This document shows, piece by piece, positions 35,061 to 35,100 of a stretch of 35,100 nt of DNA (position 1 is its first letter; every line of letters begins with the position of its first letter). The notes under the pieces are model-generated. The model had not been told where the DNA came from and ran no database searches. It saw only the letters and a list, made by a program, of their open reading frames with translations. Both the position numbers and the translations under genes were made by a program. The DNA lies in assembly GCA_964014485.1 (NCBI GenBank), contig CAXHAT010000077.1:1-35100 (forward strand), read 5' to 3'. This stretch comes from an uncultured Deferribacteres bacterium. GTDB lineage: Bacteria > Zhuqueibacterota > Zhuqueibacteria > Zhuqueibacterales > Geothermadaptataceae.

Positions 35061-35100
35061 AGTCCCGCAGGGACGGTCGAAAGTAGCCCGGAAGTTCACT
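35061..35100. repeat. Start of another REP-like element truncated by the window end
   Basis: GTCCC-GCA-GGGAC hairpin followed by AGCCCGGAAGTTCACT..., immediately after the NTPase stop. Confidence 0.45.

Overview
Bacterial genomic window of moderate GC from a diderm organism: it carries Tol-Pal genes and several lipoproteins. The gene style is reminiscent of the FCB-related KSB1/Calditrichaeota lineages, but that is a low-confidence guess. About 24 intact CDSs are present, mostly envelope and periplasmic functions: S9 and S8 peptidases, tolB-pal-cpoB without tolQRA, an M23 peptidase, a class A PBP, a Spy/CpxP-like protein, a MATE exporter, a MacB/FtsX permease, and spondin and YVTN lipoproteins. 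Four accessory loci stand out. (1) A minus-strand four-gene cassette: ECF sigma factor, zinc anti-sigma with TM and TPR, an apparently exported TPR-CHAT caspase-like protease, and a small Gly/Ala-rich membrane protein. It is divergent from tolB-pal-cpoB and is the best candidate for an undescribed protease-triggered signalling or defence system. (2) A 1015-aa helical-repeat protein with a C-terminal NYN RNase domain, bracketed by REP palindromes. (3) A RHH/MazF toxin-antitoxin pair sitting between two unannotated, order-permuted Ada pseudogene fragments. (4) A membrane KAP-family NTPase containing a 264-bp coding hexamer microsatellite. At least five families of intergenic palindromic (REP/MITE-like) repeats are present. 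No rRNA, tRNA, CRISPR array or intact transposase was seen.
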